Made by a program: the position numbers and the translations under genes | Shown: one piece after another, positions 51,250 through 64,000 of the stretch | How positions within the stretch are numbered: position 1 is the stretch's first letter | How the letters are laid out: every line of letters begins with the position of its first letter | NCBI RefSeq assembly: GCF_006345805.1 | Contig: NC_042997.1 | Location: forward strand, 29,264,001-29,328,000 | Reading direction: 5' to 3' | Origin: Octopus sinensis | Taxonomy: Eukaryota | DNA length: 64,000 bases | Notes under the pieces: model-generated | What the model was told of the DNA's origin: nothing | The model's input: only the letters and a program-made list of their open reading frames with translations | Database searches by the model: none

Positions 51250-53130
51250 GACACCTTGTACTGCCCTCTGCCCTCCATCCCACCGCCTCAAAACTCAGCG
51301 TCCTCACTCCTCGCACCCCCACAATTTACTTCACAAAATCCACAAACATAAAAACCCTGGCCGGCCCATCGTCTCCACCTGTAACTACCTCATAGAAATC
51401 ATCTCTAAATACCTCGACCGTGTTCTTTCCCCCCTAGTGGCTTCCCTCCCTTCACACATCCAGGCCACAAACCATGCTGTTCGTCTTTTCAACTCCTTCC
51501 CCTTCCTTCCAAGCCCCTCTAACCTTCTCTTCAATCTTGATATCAAGAGTCTATATACGGTGATCCACACCACGAGGGGCTTCTTGCCCTCAAACACTAC
51601 GTAGACCTTCTAACTAACCCCCAACCTGACACGTCTACACTCCTTCGTCTGGCAGAACTTGGACTCTCCCTGAACTGCTTCGCCTTCGCAGGCGAGTTTT
51701 ACCAACAGTAATCGGGAGTGGTCATGGGAACGAGAATGGGCCCCAACTATGCGAACCTGTTCGTTGGCTACGTTGAGGCTTAAATATTTTCAAGGTTCAC
51801 TGGTTCCAGTCCCGAAATATACAGTCGTTATACTGATGAATGTATTGGCGAGACTTCGCTCTCCCGCAGGGAACTAGACTCATTTTCTTTTGTCTAATCT
51901 TTCCATCCTGTCCTCGAATTCTCCTGCACCATTTCCAACACTTTCGTCGTCTTCCTCAACATTTCGGTCAACATACACCACTCCACTCTCACCACTTCCA
52001 TCCACTACAAACACACCAACTCACACTTATACACAAATTTCCTCCTCCTCACAGACTACCTACACCAAGCTCTGTCCCCTACTTCCAATTCCTCAGTCTG
52101 CGCATGATCTGTAGTGAAGACCATAGATTTGAGACTCAGTTTCAAATCGTGGCTCGCCAATCCATCCTTCGTGGATATCCCTTCACCACTAACCCCACCG
52201 GCGTTGCCAGAACACTTTCGTAGACCGTGCCTCTGCTCACTCTCCCCGCCCCCGCCCCGTCGTTACCACTCCCGTTTTCCCTTACCTACCACCCATCCAT
52301 CCTGCCTCTCCAACGCATTATTCTCCGCCCCTTCCCGTGACACAGTCCGACCCCTCTACTTCGCAAATATTCCCCAGCCTTTCCCTCCCTGCCTTCAAAC
52401 GAAACTACAATATATGTGACCCCCTGTTCTAGTTTCTTTCTCTTACCCACCTCCCAACCTGGCTCGGTCCTCTGCTCCCGCTCACACTGCCGAACATGCC
52501 CCTACCTCTCCAATACCACTATCCCCACAGGCACCCATCATCGTCACTAACATATCACTGTCTCCTTTACAGACAGTTCTATCAACGGCATTTACCACAT
52601 CACACAAGCCCGCACACTAGCACTGTTCATTTCCCAGGACCCACAACATGCACAACCAGACCACATCATGTCACACCGCACCACATGACACCATCCCGCA
52701 AACATTAACACTGACCAATTCCCAGCACCCACACCATCATCTACACACCCACACATTAGAGACACCCACACTTACAAACGCACACATCCACACGTCAAGG
52801 TCACCAACCCATATTTACACGCACACACACACACTATTACATAGACGCGAACGCGCACCTCCGTTTTGGAATCACGAATAGTTTATTATTAACTCGTCTT
52901 CCTAGCACTCCTGTCTAACCACCGCTATCCAGCCAGCCGCCATTAGTGACCACTAGTCGCTAAAGCTTTTTTATTCTCTATCTGTTTATTTTCTCCTGTT
53001 CCTTTCTGTTGAAGAGCGGAGGCTGAAAACGTAAAAGGCTTCCTCATCTTCCTGAGCGTTAAATTAATACACATGTTTGTTGTTTATACACCTGTCTTCG
53101 TCTATTGTTTTTCTTTATATTCCAACTATC
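51250..53130 (+). mobile_element. Old, degraded Neptune-type PLE (RT + GIY-YIG + 3' repeat)
   Basis: LHKIHKHKNPGRPIVS, LDIKSLYTVI, GVVMGTRMGPNYANLFVGYVE, VPYFQFLSLRMICS, HCRTCPYLS; ends in the gaagagc..gctgaaaacg 3' repeat at 52976-53130. Confidence 0.85.
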
Positions 53131-53250
53131 TGGGATCTGGGTTCAGCCTCATTATGTTGCACCTTGGCCAAGTGTCTTCTACTATATCCTCGAGCCGACC
53201 AAAGGCTTGTGACTGAATAGGGAACATGGAAACTATAAGAAGCCTATTGT
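53130..53250 (+). mobile_element. Degraded SINE fragment
   Basis: ctgggttcagcctc..caccttggccaagtgtcttctactatatcctcgagccgaccaaagg. Confidence 0.6.
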
Positions 53251-53436
53251 ATAATCATATATGTGCTCGTGCGCGCATGGAGGGTGTGTCTATGTTTGAC
53301 CCAAAACCTCGTTTGTCAACCGGTGGCAATGTGTTAACATTCCTGTAATTTCTGGAATTAACTCACAGAGATCTAAATCTGCTGATTAGCCATCTCAACT
53401 ATCCACTAACATACTTTTTGAACACTAAAATATAGC

Positions 53437-53474
<38 letters not shown>

Positions 53475-53800
53475 TATATAATACATATATATACACATTA
53501 TATACATATATGTATATATAAACACACAAATATATTTATATATATGAATATATAAACAGAATCGAACGCATACACAAAATTTTTATGTTGTGATTTCGTG
53601 GGTCGGCTCCGTATTTCTCAATGCCCCAGGTGTTAAAATCACCTGAAAGTAAGTCATAAAATACTTTCAGGGCTTTTTAACACCAGGCAGATTTAGGAAA
53701 TATTCTCTTACGCATAAGATGCGAACTAACAACTCCCATACATTGTGTACGTGTGTTCAATTCTGTTTATACAGCTCGAGCTGTTGTAAATCATATTAAA

Positions 53801-54032
53801 GCGGCGAGCTGGCAGAAACGTAAGCACGCCGGGCGAAATGCGTAGCCGTATTTCGTCTGCCGTTACGTTCCGAGTTCAAATTCCGCCGAGGTCAACTTTG
53901 CCTTTCATCCTTTCGGGGTTGATAAATTAAGTACCAGTTACGCACTAGGGCCGATATAATCGACTTAGTCCGTTTGTCTGTCCTTGTTTGTCCCCTCAGT
54001 GTTCAGCCCCTTGTGGGTAGTAAAGAAATAGG
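53801..54032 (+). mobile_element. Full-length tRNA-derived SINE
   Basis: gcggcgagctggcagaaacg (A box)..gagttcaaattcc (B box)..gcctttcatcctttcgggg..taagtaccag..gtagtaaagaaatagg. Confidence 0.9.
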
Positions 54033-55026
54033 TTGTAATTCATATTGTTTAAGCATGTATATGTGTGTACGAGTGTATGTGCGAGTGAGTGCGCGCGCGA
54101 GTCTGTGTTTGTGTATTTCCCCTTTTATACGCTGTGTGTGTATTTCACATTTTCTATAGTAGCTATCCATATACGTGCACACATACATACGTGTACACAT
54201 ACATACGTGCATGCATACATACATACATACATACATACATACATACATACATACATACATACATACATACATACATGCATATATACCTACATGCATACAT
54301 ACATACATACACACATACATACATACAAATAATCTATGTTAGGTTGTTACAGTGGAAATAAATTTAAATACTACTTTTTTAGTCTTTTGAGCAATGCATT
54401 TAAAGCGGTTATTCTGTCCTCTTTCAAGCCTGCATTGCTGCCTTATGAGAATGAGCATCTAACATAGTTTGATCTAATTACATAGTAAGATAGAAAAGAG
54501 TCTGTGAGATGAGTGAATTGTTAGTCTAATTTTTTATCAATTGCATTCATTTACTTCAAATTCAAAACGAAACTGAAATAGCTGATAACACATTCACTGG
54601 TAACAAATACAAAATAGACCAGACAATTTTATTAACTTTCCATTGCCTTACATTTCAGCTTACAATCGGTACACTTTTGAAGCACGGATTGTTTTATCTA
54701 ATCAGAAGATATCTCATGAAATGTAATATATTACGTAAAATTTTTAGGCAAGATTAATAGAATTGCTAGTCTTTTCATTCTGAAACAAATTATCATCACA
54801 TAGGAAAAAACAAAACATTTTTTTTTGTTTTGTCTTTTTTTTCTAATCTCATCCTTAATATGTATCACGTAGATGATTGCAATAGCTGAAGCACATCGCT
54901 GTCTCTGCTGAGAAAATCTGTCTGTTTAATGGGTATCAGACGAATAAGTTTCAGAAACTGAAAAGTAAATTATATCAGCACTTGAACATTTCGAATACAA
55001 GGCAAACTAAAATATCACATAGAAAC

Positions 55027-55085
<59 letters not shown>

Positions 55086-55095
<10 letters not shown>

Positions 55096-55260
55096 TAGGG
55101 AGAGTTCACAAAAGAAATAAGACGAAAACAGGTGATGTAAAAAACAGACAGATGTATTAGTATAACGCTCGGGAAAGGAAAAGTGAAAAAGTCTTTAATG
55201 TTTCGAGTCTACGCTCTTCCACAGAAACGAACACAGAAAGAAACAAGGAGAGGAAATAAA
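55086..55260 (-). mobile_element. Solo PLE 3'-end repeat abutting (TA)n
   Basis: Reverse complement ggaagagcgtagactcgaaac..cgagcgttatactaatacatctg..gaactctccct; same family as 38131-38280. Confidence 0.65.
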
Positions 55261-55384
55261 GAAAATATATAGAGAAAATAAAGGGAGATTATAAGTAGCC
55301 AATAAATAAACTGGAACATCTGATGACACCTGAAGACAGATTACGCACCATCGGATTTTTACTCGAAGAAATTCGATATAAATG

Positions 55385-55399
<15 letters not shown>

Positions 55400-55415
<16 letters not shown>

Positions 55416-57250
55416 TTCACATTTTATGAATATTTCATATTTTCAATCTTCACCTACTATATGAGTTTACTAAGACCTGTTGAAATCTTTTTAGTACTAT
55501 TTCTTAACTAACCTTCATGATTTGCTATCCTTTGATTTACAAAGCAAGAGGTAGCACATGTATAGTGATATTTATGTTTATCAATGATAAGTATACGCCT
55601 TTAGACGGTATTTCTTATTTTACAGTCATTCTAAAATTTACATTGCACTCTCCTAGCGCAATCACTTTTTCCGTGAATAGAGTTATCTACGTTTTGTTAT
55701 AGATTTAATAATGCTTTATATTTCATCTGATTATCTATACTGAGATTGTTTATTAGTTATAGAATCTATAGAATTGTTTTGATGAATGCTTTCCCTTTGA
55801 TCTTTATTTATTTTCTTAGTGCTGCTTTCAATAGAATTTGGATTAATCATCTTGTCATCGTTTTCAAATTAGTCTTATCATATCATAATTATATTTACTT
55901 TGGTTTTCATTATTATTTACGTTATTAATTTTATTGTTCTGTTCTTTCTTAATTCGTTTGGCGTTGTGGGCAGCTATAATATGAGCAAAGTTTTTAGAGC
56001 TGAAGAATGCGATTCTCATTTTTCGTTTCATCAATAAATTATTGTTTTTATTCGTTATCGGACAAACATTATTCAGTGCTTCGTAGAACATTCAAGGTAA
56101 TTTTTATTTAACTTGCTTAGCGAAGCGGATTATTAAACGTTTCTTAAATTATGGCTTAGATTGCAATTATTGTTTAAAGTCGGAGTAAACGTTTTAATGT
56201 TACTTTTCATTGTGTTAATTTTTTGTGTTTAATTTTATTGTTTTCGTATTTTTTAGCAGTTGATTTAGGTCGGGTGTTAAATTCATTGTTATAGCTTTTA
56301 GCATTATTAGAATGCTGTATTTTTTATTATTTGTTAGGTTGTTATGCTTGTTATACATTTGTCTCCCGTTATTAAGGTTAGAGTTTATTATTTATGTTAA
56401 TTACAATCCTTATTTACATCTTCATTTCTAATTTTCTCATCGACTATAGTTTTATTTCTATGGTATTAAGTTATGTTATAGGCATTATCTGTCCTAGTAT
56501 TATCATTGGTTCCCTGGTTAATTTGGGCCGTACTATGTTTATTTTCAATGCTATTAGTTTTACAAAATTTAATTTTTTCCGGTACCCATTTTTCTACAGC
56601 TTAATTGAAGTAATCCATATTTAGTTTACAAATTTCTTCATTAGCAGAGAGATTGGAGATTCGGGTTGAAATATTTTCTAGTTTGTGCGTTAGGCTAGGC
56701 GGATGGTCAGTATTTACACTTATATATCTGGGGTCTTCGTTCGGTTTGCGGTAAGGTTTGTAAGTATTTGTTTCTAGTACTATATCTAGGAACTTTACTG
56801 AATTATGCTCCTCTTCAATAAATATGCTAAGAGCTAAATTTTTGAAAAATGTTACGAATTTCTCCGGTCTTTTTCTAAATCCCTATTTGAAGCGTTATTC
56901 TGTCGGAAAAGTCCACCATCTCTATATAGGCCTCCTCGGACTTCAGGGAGTTCCTAGTTCATGCATCATGGTATATGGATTCCGAATAAATCTGTCATTT
57001 GTGCTGAATCTATTTAGCCCATATCTATATAGAATATATCTGGTCGATCTTTCCTAATCCATATTTATCTTCAAATTTAATGATTGACTTTCTAGATGTA
57101 AACATAACATCTACCTAATTTCAGTTTAGCCCTGAGTTATTCATTGCAAATCTAAGTACCTTACTGAGTAGAATAGAGTTAATTAAAGCTTAGCATTTTG
57201 CGATATCTATTTGTAGGAATCTAGTTTGGCTTTTATTAGGAATATTATTG
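55400..57250 (-). mobile_element. Degraded PLE, tentatively Nematis-like
   Basis: GLYRDGGL, VKFLDIVL..YKPYRKPNEDPRYI..DHPPS..RISNLS, MRIAFFSSKNFAHIIAAHN, then GIY-YIG IRNTV..HYTCATS..QRIANH..TGLSKLI. Confidence 0.75.
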
Positions 57251-57295
57251 AACCATTTAACTACTTAAGTAGACCATGATTTTAGTCTAATGGTG

Positions 57296-57376
<81 letters not shown>

Positions 57377-57381
<5 letters not shown>

Positions 57382-58087
57382 CAATGATTAAGGGTAAAAT
57401 CAATTAATTATTAATTAATTTCACCAAGTAGTGTTCAGTATGTAAAAGGACCATTCAAGGCGTACATTTCTTTCGTCAGCTCAACATTTCTTAATTTGGA
57501 TTTGAAAGCACTAAAAAAATGAACATACCCATCCGACATAAATCATCTCAGACAAACAACTCCAAGCTGCCAGTGCCAGCAAATTCAAACAGTACGAGTG
57601 AAGATTTATGTTCTTCCCGCTTCCATCCACGTGAGTCATAGAGTAAACAGATTATAACGGTGAGAACCGCAGTAAAAAAAACAGGGAGAAAGGAATTGTA
57701 TTATCAATGATGAAGGGTAAAATCAATTAATTATTAATTAACTTCACCAAGTAGTGTTCAGTATGTAAAATGACCATTCAAGGCGTATTCAATATTTTAC
57801 GTTATATAATTAGGGCTCAGTAAAATAATTTACTTTGCCACATACTGAAACTTTTAGAAATAGCAGCTAAAAAGGCTTTTTTAGCCATTTCCACTATTTT
57901 AAGAAGAGTCTTCCAGATAGTGTTTACTCAAAAATAATCTAGAAACGTGAGCGTTCTCAAATAATCTTTGTACATGTGATATTTTGTATTTTCCCTCCAT
58001 ATCTGGGAGACTCTTTTTAAAGTAGTGGAAATGGCTAAAATAACTTTTTGGCTGCTATTTCTAAAACATTCAGTATGTGGCAAAGTA

Positions 58088-58090
<3 letters not shown>
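57377..58090. repeat. Composite repeat: 88-bp direct repeats (57377-57464, 57699-57787) followed by a ~90-bp inverted repeat (57828-57919 / 58000-58090), bounded by (TA)n
   Basis: Direct reading of both repeat pairs. Confidence 0.85.
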
Positions 58091-58130
<40 letters not shown>

Positions 58131-59499
58131 ATTGAACAATGCAAACATTACATCAATTTAAAATGTAGAGCAATATTCAGCTGCATAACAATATAGAATT
58201 TAGTTAAATTCGAAGGACTTATTTGTATAATTTTTTATCCAAAATTACCAAGAGGATACGTAGATAAACAAAGACAATGTTTTATCAACAACATCACAGT
58301 TGTAACTGAGATTTTTTCAAAAAAGACACTGCTTATCACTGATTATTTCTGTTATATAGATTTACAGAAATGTAAATCTGTTATTTAGATTTACTAATGG
58401 GGGGGGGTGCAGTTTTCATTTATAGGCTAATTAATCAAATCTAAGAGAAACCCGTGTGTATCCTTCATGGATAGGGCAAAATAAATAGACAATTTAAATG
58501 GCAGAGTCATAAATCAAGATTTCTTTGAAGTAAAGCCATTTGGTTCAGTAAGAATATACTCCAGACAAGATTATAGCGGCTAAATTTGCAGGCTAATGCT
58601 TTAGGGACAGGGAGAATGAAATCATATAGTATCAGAACATTTCCCTACTATAAAAAAATGTTATTTGTATATACACAGATACATTTTAGAGTTATTCTAA
58701 AGAGCCCTAATCATCAGGCCTCTATATCACTTTCCCATAGTTCAATACTATAAACTACATTTTACTTTTTTTTAAACACATAAGTATGTGTAAAATAGGT
58801 TCGTCTGACCCTTCAGTACAAGCCATAATTTAATTCAAATAAAAAATAAATAATTAAAACTTAAAATTGAAATTACGAAAATAAAATAAGAAATAAAAAT
58901 ACGAAAAAAATAAAAAAATTACTAAAACTATGTTCTTACGTATCTTATATCTATAAATATAAAATTAGTAATAATTAAAAATAAAATATATACTTGTAAT
59001 AATATAAAATGATATGAAATGAAAGGAATGGCAAGAAAAATATATACGAATAAAAATGGAGGCAATGACGAAAAAAGATTTTCAAATAAAAGCTATAGTA
59101 CTAATTACGAAATGCAAAATTTACAAATGATACGAATGATAACTTATAAATATTTACAAAATAAAATAAAATAATTTGATGGTAACATAAAGGAAAATAT
59201 GCAAGTCACCGATGGCTCCATTATCGTACAACGTCTTAATTATGGCTTCACATTGCTAAGTCCACCAGCAAAGTACTCACATACCTCCTTCCTGCTTCTT
59301 TTAAACTATTATTTAATTAACGTATTATCTAAATAGTAAACATGATCCACGAAACTACAAAAATGCATCATGGGAACATTACTTTTTTAGTTCGTATTAT
59401 TCCGTATTATTCCGACCTATAATCACTCACTACTAATCCTCCCCACATCTGATGGTAAGTTAATTTAACCGAGTACATTCATATTAAATAATAATAGTA

Positions 59500-60230
59500 T
59501 TAATAATACTTTCCCTAAAAGTATTCTGGATATGGCCAGAAGTATAGGATTCATGTATACGGGAGAGCTAGTAAGAAATTATATAACATATTATGTAATG
59601 AAGCCAGTTGTTTCTACCCTAGATATAGTGGTAAAGACTGGAATAGTATACAGAGGTTTTATGACAAAGCAAACAGTGTGATCACATGGTACAGGACTGA
59701 CAAATATCAAGGAAATATATTTGTAGATGACACACCTCATAGGGAATTAGCCTCTAAATTTAGGAAGGCTCTGAATGAGACCAAACTCAACATCAAGATA
59801 GTTGAGAAGCCAGTCAGCTCCAGCAGATCGCAGTTATGAAGGACGTATCCCTTCAACAAAAATACCACATGCACTTATAAGAACTGCGTAGTATGTAAAA
59901 TGAACCCTGGCATTATCTGTAGAATCAGAATGTAGTTTATATCATAAGTTGCATCGAAGGTGGTTGTAAGGACGAAAACACGGTACACATTGCAGCAACA
60001 AGTATAGTACAGAGAATAAACATACACTAGAGGCAATATGATGACAGGAAACGATCCTCAATACTCTATCAACATGACGAGCATTGGTGCACGCTGGGAT
60101 GACTTAATACCCTTATTTTACTCAAGCACGCGAAGGACCCATTACTCAGACAAAACAGAAGTAAGCCCTCGTAACTGAAACGTACCCCGTACTAAATAGG
60201 ATATTCATATACAAGGTAGATATACCGCAA
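59500..60230 (+). mobile_element. Degraded PLE 3' remnant of a further lineage (thumb, Cys linker, GIY-YIG)
   Basis: SGYGQKYRIHV..WY..IFVDDTPHRELASKF..VEKP..YPF..CTYKNCVVC..VYIISC..QRINIH..SSILYQH. Confidence 0.6.
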
Positions 60231-60867
60231 TAACTACAGAAATATACATACATAGGTAGGTAGGTAGGTAGCTAGGTAGGTAGGTAGGTAGGTAGGTAGG
60301 TAGGTGGGTAGGTAGGAAGGTAGGTGTGTAGGTAGGTAGGTACATAGGAAATAGAAACAAACACGCAAAAGGAGACGGAAACATGAGAATATATATATGT
60401 GTGTGTGTGTATGTATGTATGTATATATATATATATATACCCACACGCCATTCACAGGCATCCACATATCTGGTAATAAAAATACATATATAACATACAC
60501 ACGTACATAATCACACAAACTCATACACATAGACAAACAAACATACGGAAGGACTCAGTGGTACACACACATACATACACACATACATGCATATATATAT
60601 ATATATATATACTTATGTGCATCCACAAGCATACATACGCCCACGTAGCATGATATCAAACAGACAAAAGGGACTCAGCTATGATAACGAACAGAGTCGA
60701 AATCCATTGACAAGTTTGCTAAAGAAGCGCAAATTTGGAAGACATACACACGAAAAAAGGATGATAATTATAACAAACGAGTGAAATTTGAACCGTGAAT
60801 ATGTTGGATATTAAGGCAGACAGAACAAAATTTATTTCCAGAAACGATTTCGCATAAAGAATCTTGC

Positions 60868-61035
60868 AAAACCACATGGTTCTGGGTTTAGTCCCACTGC
60901 GTGGCACCTTCAGCAAAAGTCCTTGTGAGTGGATTTGGTAGACGGACACCTGAAAGAAGCCTGTTGTGTATACCAGGTTTACAAAAAAGGCGATACCCTA
61001 GCATGCCCACAGTCAAATGACTGAAACAAGTAGAA
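60868..61035 (+). mobile_element. SINE fragment with cagtcaaatgactgaaacaag tail
   Basis: ggttctgggtttagtcccactgcgtggcacc..gtggatttggtagacgg..aaagaagcc. Confidence 0.7.
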
Positions 61036-61053
61036 GAATAAAAGTATATAAAC

Positions 61054-61144
<91 letters not shown>

Positions 61145-61146
61145 TA

Positions 61147-61185
<39 letters not shown>

Positions 61186-61189
61186 TATA

Positions 61190-61300
61190 TACGGCGGGCT
61201 TCTTTCAGTTTCCGTTTACCAAATCCACTCACAAGTCTTCGGTCTTCCCGAGATTATAGTAGAAGACATTTTTGTCCAAGGTGCCACGCAGTGGGAGTCA
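61190..61300 (-). mobile_element. SINE fragment
   Basis: cggcgggcttctttcagtttccgtttaccaaatccactcacaag..gtgccacgcagtggga. Confidence 0.7.
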
Positions 61301-61388
61301 ACCTTTAACCCTGTGGTTGGTAAGCAAGCTTCTTACGACACAGCCATACACACACGCTCACACACGCGCACACACGCACACACACACG

Positions 61389-61429
<41 letters not shown>

Positions 61430-62273
61430 CATTTATATGATACTCATACATGTAATACCTATCAAACAATGCTTAGAATCGGTTTAGCAACTGGCATCTT
61501 GAAGGTTATTGTGTCATATGCACTTTTCGACGAATATAGTGTCATAACAGCAATTTTGGATTTAATCATATATTGTAATGCGCTGATTATTTTCCGTACC
61601 ACGTATAGGAATTGCTCTTTCAAAACATCATAAAATGATACGTGGATAGAGGTGGAATTTTTTTTCCAATAATTACTGCATTCATCAACTTTTATGTGCC
61701 GGTATCTAAATAATGAAAAAATCGAAATAAAATTAGAGAAACGTAGCTCCATTGAAACTTTAACTAATAGTTCACATGTTCTAGTCACATCTTCCGCTGT
61801 GTTCTATCAATGAAGTGGATGGAAGCTTTGTGTTATACATACATACATGCATACATACATACATATAACGCCTTTACATACATATGCATGTACATATACA
61901 TATATTCATATATATAAATGTGTGTGTGTGTTTTTGTTTGTGTTTATCTATGGTTGTATATACAATGATATGTGGGGGTGTCTCATATATAAAGTTATAT
62001 ATGAATTTATATAGATTCAGATGAATTTGGTACTTAAGTTAATGCACCAGAATTTAGTACATTATTATTATTATACAGTTTCAAAATAATGTGATTAAAA
62101 TCAAAATTTTACCTAAACCCTTGGAGAATTTTGCAGCTGAGTATCACTCTGCATTTAAACTGATGTAATGGTTGCGTGTCCAATTAAATGGAGTCCCTTG
62201 AAACAATGATTAACTCTGTATTACTTCTGGAAATCCTATTGCTTATTTCGATATATTAATTTACATATATAGA

Positions 62274-62349
<76 letters not shown>

Positions 62350-62371
62350 AAGCATATATATATATATATAT

Positions 62372-63886
62372 ATGCCAAGCAAGCTGAAGGAGGGAATAAT
62401 ATGCCCAATACATAAAGGGGGAAGTAGAGCAGATGCCAAAAACTATAGGCCTATCTCTCTGACTTCACACATCAGCAAAGTCATGGAACGGATAGTCAGA
62501 AAGAAACTAATCGCATTCCTTGAGGAAAATAACTTGCTGAGTGATACCCAGCATGGTTTTCGACCAGGTAGGAGCTGCCTGACCCAGCTCTTATAGCATT
62601 ATGACTGGGTGTCGAAGCAGTTACTCAACAAATCAAATGTGATTTTGTAAAAGCTTTTGACAAGGTGGATCATGGTATGATATGCCACAAACTACGTGAC
62701 CTCGGCATAGCTGGAAAACTTGGAGTGTGGTTGCATGACTCCCTGAAAGATAGGAGTCAGGCAGTAGTGGTTAATGGAGCCACCTCTATGAACACACAAA
62801 TAGTGAGCGGTGTTCCACACGGCACTGGCTTAGGACCACTGCTTTTTATAATGGCCCTCTTAGATATGCCCTCAAATACCCGGATAGACACTCTGGCCAG
62901 CTATGCAAACGATGCGAAAGTCTCGCAGAAAATACAGAACCCCAGCGATGTTGCACACCTGCAGCAGGAGTTGGACTCAATCTACAGATGGGCTGAGGAT
63001 AATAAGATGCAGTTTAATGCTGAAAAGTTCCAGGCCCTCGGCTACCAGCATCCAAAACTGAATATCAAACTTACAGGATACACCGGTCCACAGGGAATTT
63101 CAATCCCAGAGCCTAAGTCTGTGAGGGACCTGGGTATCGACATGAGTGATGATACTTCTTTCCAAGTGCACATTACCAGGATGGCGACAAAGTGCAGACG
63201 ACTGGCTGGGTGGATCCTAAGAACATTCAGAACCAGAGATAAGGAAACCATGATGGTCCTCTGGCGGACATTCGTCCTCAGTCGCCTGGATTACTGCTCA
63301 CAGCTATGGTCACCCACCAGTGTAAAATTAACAGCGGACCTTGAAGCAATCCAGAGAAGATTCACAAGGAAGATCGTCTCTTTGCAACAGCTAAGCTACT
63401 GGGAAAGGTTGAAACAGCTAAGACTCTACTCCCTGGAGAGAAGACGGGAGAGGTATGCAGTAATATATGTCTGGAAGATCCTGGAAGGAATTGTGCCAAA
63501 TTTTGGCATTGTAAGCTGCACCAATGCTAGAACGGGACGACCACTGCATAGTGCCAAAGATCCCATCAATGCCATCACGCTTCAGGATCATCTTCTGCAA
63601 CAGTCTGGGTTTCAAGGGCCCACAGCTTTTTACTATTCTCCCAAAGAGTCTGAGGAACTTGCACAAAGTAGATGTAGCGGTTTTTAAATCAGCGCTGGAC
63701 ATCCTCCTGTCAAGAGTCCCAGATGAACCGCCTCACGGCAAGAGGTGCAAATGAGAGTAGCTATATCAAACTCCATTCTTCACAAAGTGCCACATATTAG
63801 ACGAGGTTCGTCGTAATAACAGTGTAGCACAAAGCGGCGGTGCATCAGCATGGCCGCAGCTCTGAGCTGAAACTAGAAAAAAAAAA
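62372..63886 (+). mobile_element. 5'-truncated CR1-clade LINE (RT region + 3' UTR + A-tail), inactivated
   Basis: CPIHKGGS..NYRPISLTS..QHGFRPGRSCLTQL, KAFDKVDH, SGVPHGTGLGPLLF, YANDAK (DD lost), RDLGI, LDYCSQLWSP, LYSLERRR; stop at 62594-62596; tail ctgaaactag followed by an A-run. Confidence 0.92.
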
Positions 63887-64000
63887 TATATATATATATA
63901 CATATCGGATTCATTCCAAAATTTACAGGGACATGTAAAATGAGGTGACGATGCCCGTGGGCTACCTTAGAAATCCCTATCATAAAAGGTGCCGTTGCTA

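Overview
AT-rich eukaryotic genomic DNA with no recognisable host gene. The SINE families and the dense (TA)n/(CA)n/(GATA)n/(CATA)n microsatellites suggest an octopus genome; this is recall of the repeat families, not a database result. The window is dominated by Penelope-like elements (PLEs). These include a young Neptune-type RT+GIY-YIG array at 25.3-34.4 kb and at least six older remnants, one with two tandem GIY-YIG domains. Other elements are tRNA-SINEs, a 5'-truncated CR1 LINE, RTE and Tc1/mariner fossils, and two copies of a Helentron-associated (HINE-like) element. The most striking feature is a non-coding ~505-bp tandem array at 11.6-15.4 kb. Every unit spanning the ribozyme position carries a type I hammerhead ribozyme, the array flips orientation head-to-head at 14293/14294, and both ends merge into (TA)n, as expected for a retrozyme-like element. 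Also notable are a 5S rRNA head fused to the 3' tail of the CR1 LINE present in this window, further hammerheads in PLE 3' ends, and many local fold-back inversions next to (TA)n. Scattered single-base indels suggest an imperfectly polished long-read assembly, so isolated frameshifts are unreliable. All alignments and RNA folds were done by eye.
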